Part shown: one piece after another, positions 26,733-28,468 of the stretch
Layout: every line of letters begins with the position of its first letter
Position numbering within the stretch: the stretch's first letter is position 1
Assembly (NCBI GenBank): GCA_040380025.1
Contig: JBEIJY010000032.1
Location: 1-28,468, forward strand
Source of the DNA: Bdellovibrionales bacterium
Lineage (GTDB): Bacteria > Bdellovibrionota > UBA1018 > CAIMNF01
Direction of reading: 5' to 3'
DNA: 28,468 bases
Translations under genes and position numbers: made by a program
Notes under the pieces: model-generated
Told to the model about the DNA's origin: nothing
The model's input: only the letters and a program-made list of their open reading frames with translations
The model's database searches: none

Positions 26733-27665
26733 ATGTTGGAAACCCCATTTCCCGTTCAATCGGATCTTATCGAGAAGGCGGCCCAGACCGAGCAGGGAGT
26801 GCTCATCTTCGGCGAAAACGGTACGGGCAAAGAGCTGATCGCCCGGATCATTCACAATCGTTCTTCGCGTTCTCAGGCGAACTTCATAGTCATCAATTGC
26901 GCTCTCAGCACGGACATCCTGGAAAACGAATTTCGTTCCCGTTTGGAGTCTGCGGCGGGCGGCACCGTATTCCTCGAAGAAATCCACGAACTGCCCCTGC
27001 ACCTGCAGGCTTGGTTGATCCAAAACCAGAACTCCATCCGTCTGATCGCTTCGACCAGCCAGAACATGCAGGAAGCCGTGTCCGAAAGGCTTTTCCGCTC
27101 CGACCTTCTGGCCCGCGTTTCGGGCGTTTCGTTCGCGATTCCCGCTCTTCGGGACCGCATTGAGCAGATTCCCACCCTCGTTGCCGCCTATATCGAAAAA
27201 TACAACCGCCTGACCGGTTCGAATGTTTCCTCGATGCCTTCTCCGGAAGCAATCGACGCACTCACCAGTTATGCATGGCCCGGAAACATCCGCGAGCTCG
27301 AGCATGTGATCGAGCGGATCGTGATCGTGAAAGGCCAGGGAGTGGTGAACGCATCGGATCTTCCTGCGAAGATCTCGCAGTCGGCGCAGAACTCCGTGTC
27401 TTCGGGCGGAATCCAGGAAGTGGATTTCCCGAAGATGTTCCTGACCGACAAGGGTGTTGATCTGAAGGCAGTGGTGACCGCGTTCGAGAACCATCTTGTC
27501 GATCAGGCGCTTGCCCGGACGAACGGCAACAAGAATCGCGCGTCGATGCTCCTCGGCCTGAATCGCACGACCCTCGTCGAAAAGCTGAGAAAGCGCGGCA
27601 TGATCACTCCGCTCAAGTCCAATCCGGATGAGTTCCGCGGCATGAATAGCCTCGGCAACGAGTGA
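26733..27665 (+). CDS. Atypical NtrC/FleQ-family AAA+ / Fis-HTH regulator lacking GAFTGA
   Basis: AAGGAG at 26722-26727; GENGTGKE, INCA, GGTVFLEEI, FRSDL, WPGNIREL; HTH GNKNRASMLLGLNRTTLVEKLRK; 310 aa with no N-terminal sensor domain. Confidence 0.88.
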   Translation: MLETPFPVQSDLIEKAAQTEQGVLIFGENGTGKELIARIIHNRSSRSQANFIVINCALSTDILENEFRSRLESAAGGTVFLEEIHELPLHLQAWLIQNQNSIRLIASTSQNMQEAVSERLFRSDLLARVSGVSFAIPALRDRIEQIPTLVAAYIEKYNRLTGSNVSSMPSPEAIDALTSYAWPGNIRELEHVIERIVIVKGQGVVNASDLPAKISQSAQNSVSSGGIQEVDFPKMFLTDKGVDLKAVVTAFENHLVDQALARTNGNKNRASMLLGLNRTTLVEKLRKRGMITPLKSNPDEFRGMNSLGNE

Positions 27666-27704
27666 TTTTCCGGCCCGCTCTTTGAGTTCTGACTCCTTTT
27701 GTTG

Positions 27705-27739
27705 AAAAAGCCCCGATCGATTCCGGTCGGGGCTTTTTT
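27705..27739 (+). terminator. Rho-independent terminator (potentially bidirectional)
   Basis: AAAAAGCCCCGATCG-ATTC-CGGTCGGGGCTTTTTT, about 40 nt after the regulator stop. Confidence 0.88.
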
Positions 27740-27755
27740 GTGTCATCATCGAGCC

Positions 27756-28328
27756 ATGAATCGCGCTCTGTTGCTGGTTTTGTCGGTGTGGTTTCTGGTC
27801 CCGTTCGATGCGGAGGCCCGGACTCGAAGGAATTCGGTATCCGGCAAAGTGCAGGATCTGGTCGAAGAGGCATTGGTTCAACCCCCGAGAGACAAAGAGG
27901 TGTGCTTCTCGCCCGACTCCCGCTGTGATCTGAAGCTCGTGAAGTTCATCGAATCCGCCCGGAAGAGCATCGATGTCGCGGTCTTCGATATCAATCTCGA
28001 TTCGCTGGTGCATCAGTTGCTGGTAAAATCAAAAACGATCCGGGTTCGCGTGCTCGCCGATCGCCGGCAATCCAAGGGGCCGCACTCGCTCGTTTCGACT
28101 CTGGTGAAGGGCGGCGTCGAGGTGCGGATCGGACGCCAGCGGGGCGTGATGCACCACAAGTTCACCGTGATCGACGGAACACGCCTCGAGACGGGTTCGT
28201 TCAATTACACCAATCACGCCTCGCGCGCGAATCAGGAGAATCAGCTGTATCTGGACGACCCGGGAATCGTGGCCCGGTATCAGGCCCGATTCGAAGAAAG
28301 CTGGAGCAAGGCGAAGCCGTACGAGTGA
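27756..28328 (+). CDS. Secreted single-HKD phospholipase D-superfamily protein, Nuc-like endonuclease
   Basis: Signal peptide ending AEA; FSP, SIDVAVF, MHHKFTVID (HxK(x)4D), TGSFNYT, NQEN; 190 aa. Confidence 0.85.
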   Translation: MNRALLLVLSVWFLVPFDAEARTRRNSVSGKVQDLVEEALVQPPRDKEVCFSPDSRCDLKLVKFIESARKSIDVAVFDINLDSLVHQLLVKSKTIRVRVLADRRQSKGPHSLVSTLVKGGVEVRIGRQRGVMHHKFTVIDGTRLETGSFNYTNHASRANQENQLYLDDPGIVARYQARFEESWSKAKPYE

Positions 28329-28343
28329 GGGGCGTCTCTTAGA

Positions 28344-28468
28344 AACTGCCCCCTTTGATTGCGCTTTTGCAGGGAGCGGGATCGGCAGAGGGGGGTGGGA
28401 TGATTCGGTTTTTGCCGACTCTCGCGAGCCAGGATGGCGAGAGCGAGGCCGGAGGACCCGGCTCGGAG
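28344..28468 (+). repeat. Copy C (truncated by window end) of structured repeat family
   Basis: Aligns to 131-257 (AACTGCCCCC, GCTTTTGCAGGGAGCGGG, ATGATTCGG, TTTTGCCGACTCTCGCGAGC, AGCGAGGCCG, CGGCTCGGAG); starts 15 nt after the PLD stop. Confidence 0.92.

Noticed and set aside
26652..28013. 453-aa minus-strand ORF
   Set aside because: Antisense to the regulator and PLD genes and runs through a terminator.

Overview
GC-rich bacterial chromosomal segment, probably from a Bdellovibrionota/Oligoflexia- or deltaproteobacteria-like lineage (inferred from gene content, not proven). It is mostly housekeeping: a TetR-TolC-RND efflux unit, trmO(tsaA), type-2 ileS, ftsK, a CCA-adding enzyme, an RqcH/NFACT protein, aminopeptidase P split by a +1 frameshift, an RlmI-like methyltransferase, LysM and CpoB-like envelope proteins, a minimal Tad pilus module, metK, an atypical enhancer-binding protein and a secreted PLD-family nuclease. 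Most notable observations: (1) a structured 'long stem plus two small hairpins' repeat, present three times, with both window ends falling at the same point of the element and with G-U polarity and compensatory changes; (2) an unannotated 41-aa highly basic ORF upstream of metK; (3) two tandem sigma54 promoter motifs upstream of the Tad secretin; (4) a FleQ-like AAA+/HTH regulator lacking both sigma54-contact loops; (5) a CCC-CGA +1 slippery site in aminopeptidase P; (6) a TadB-TadC fusion. All calls come from reading motifs by eye; no database searches were run.
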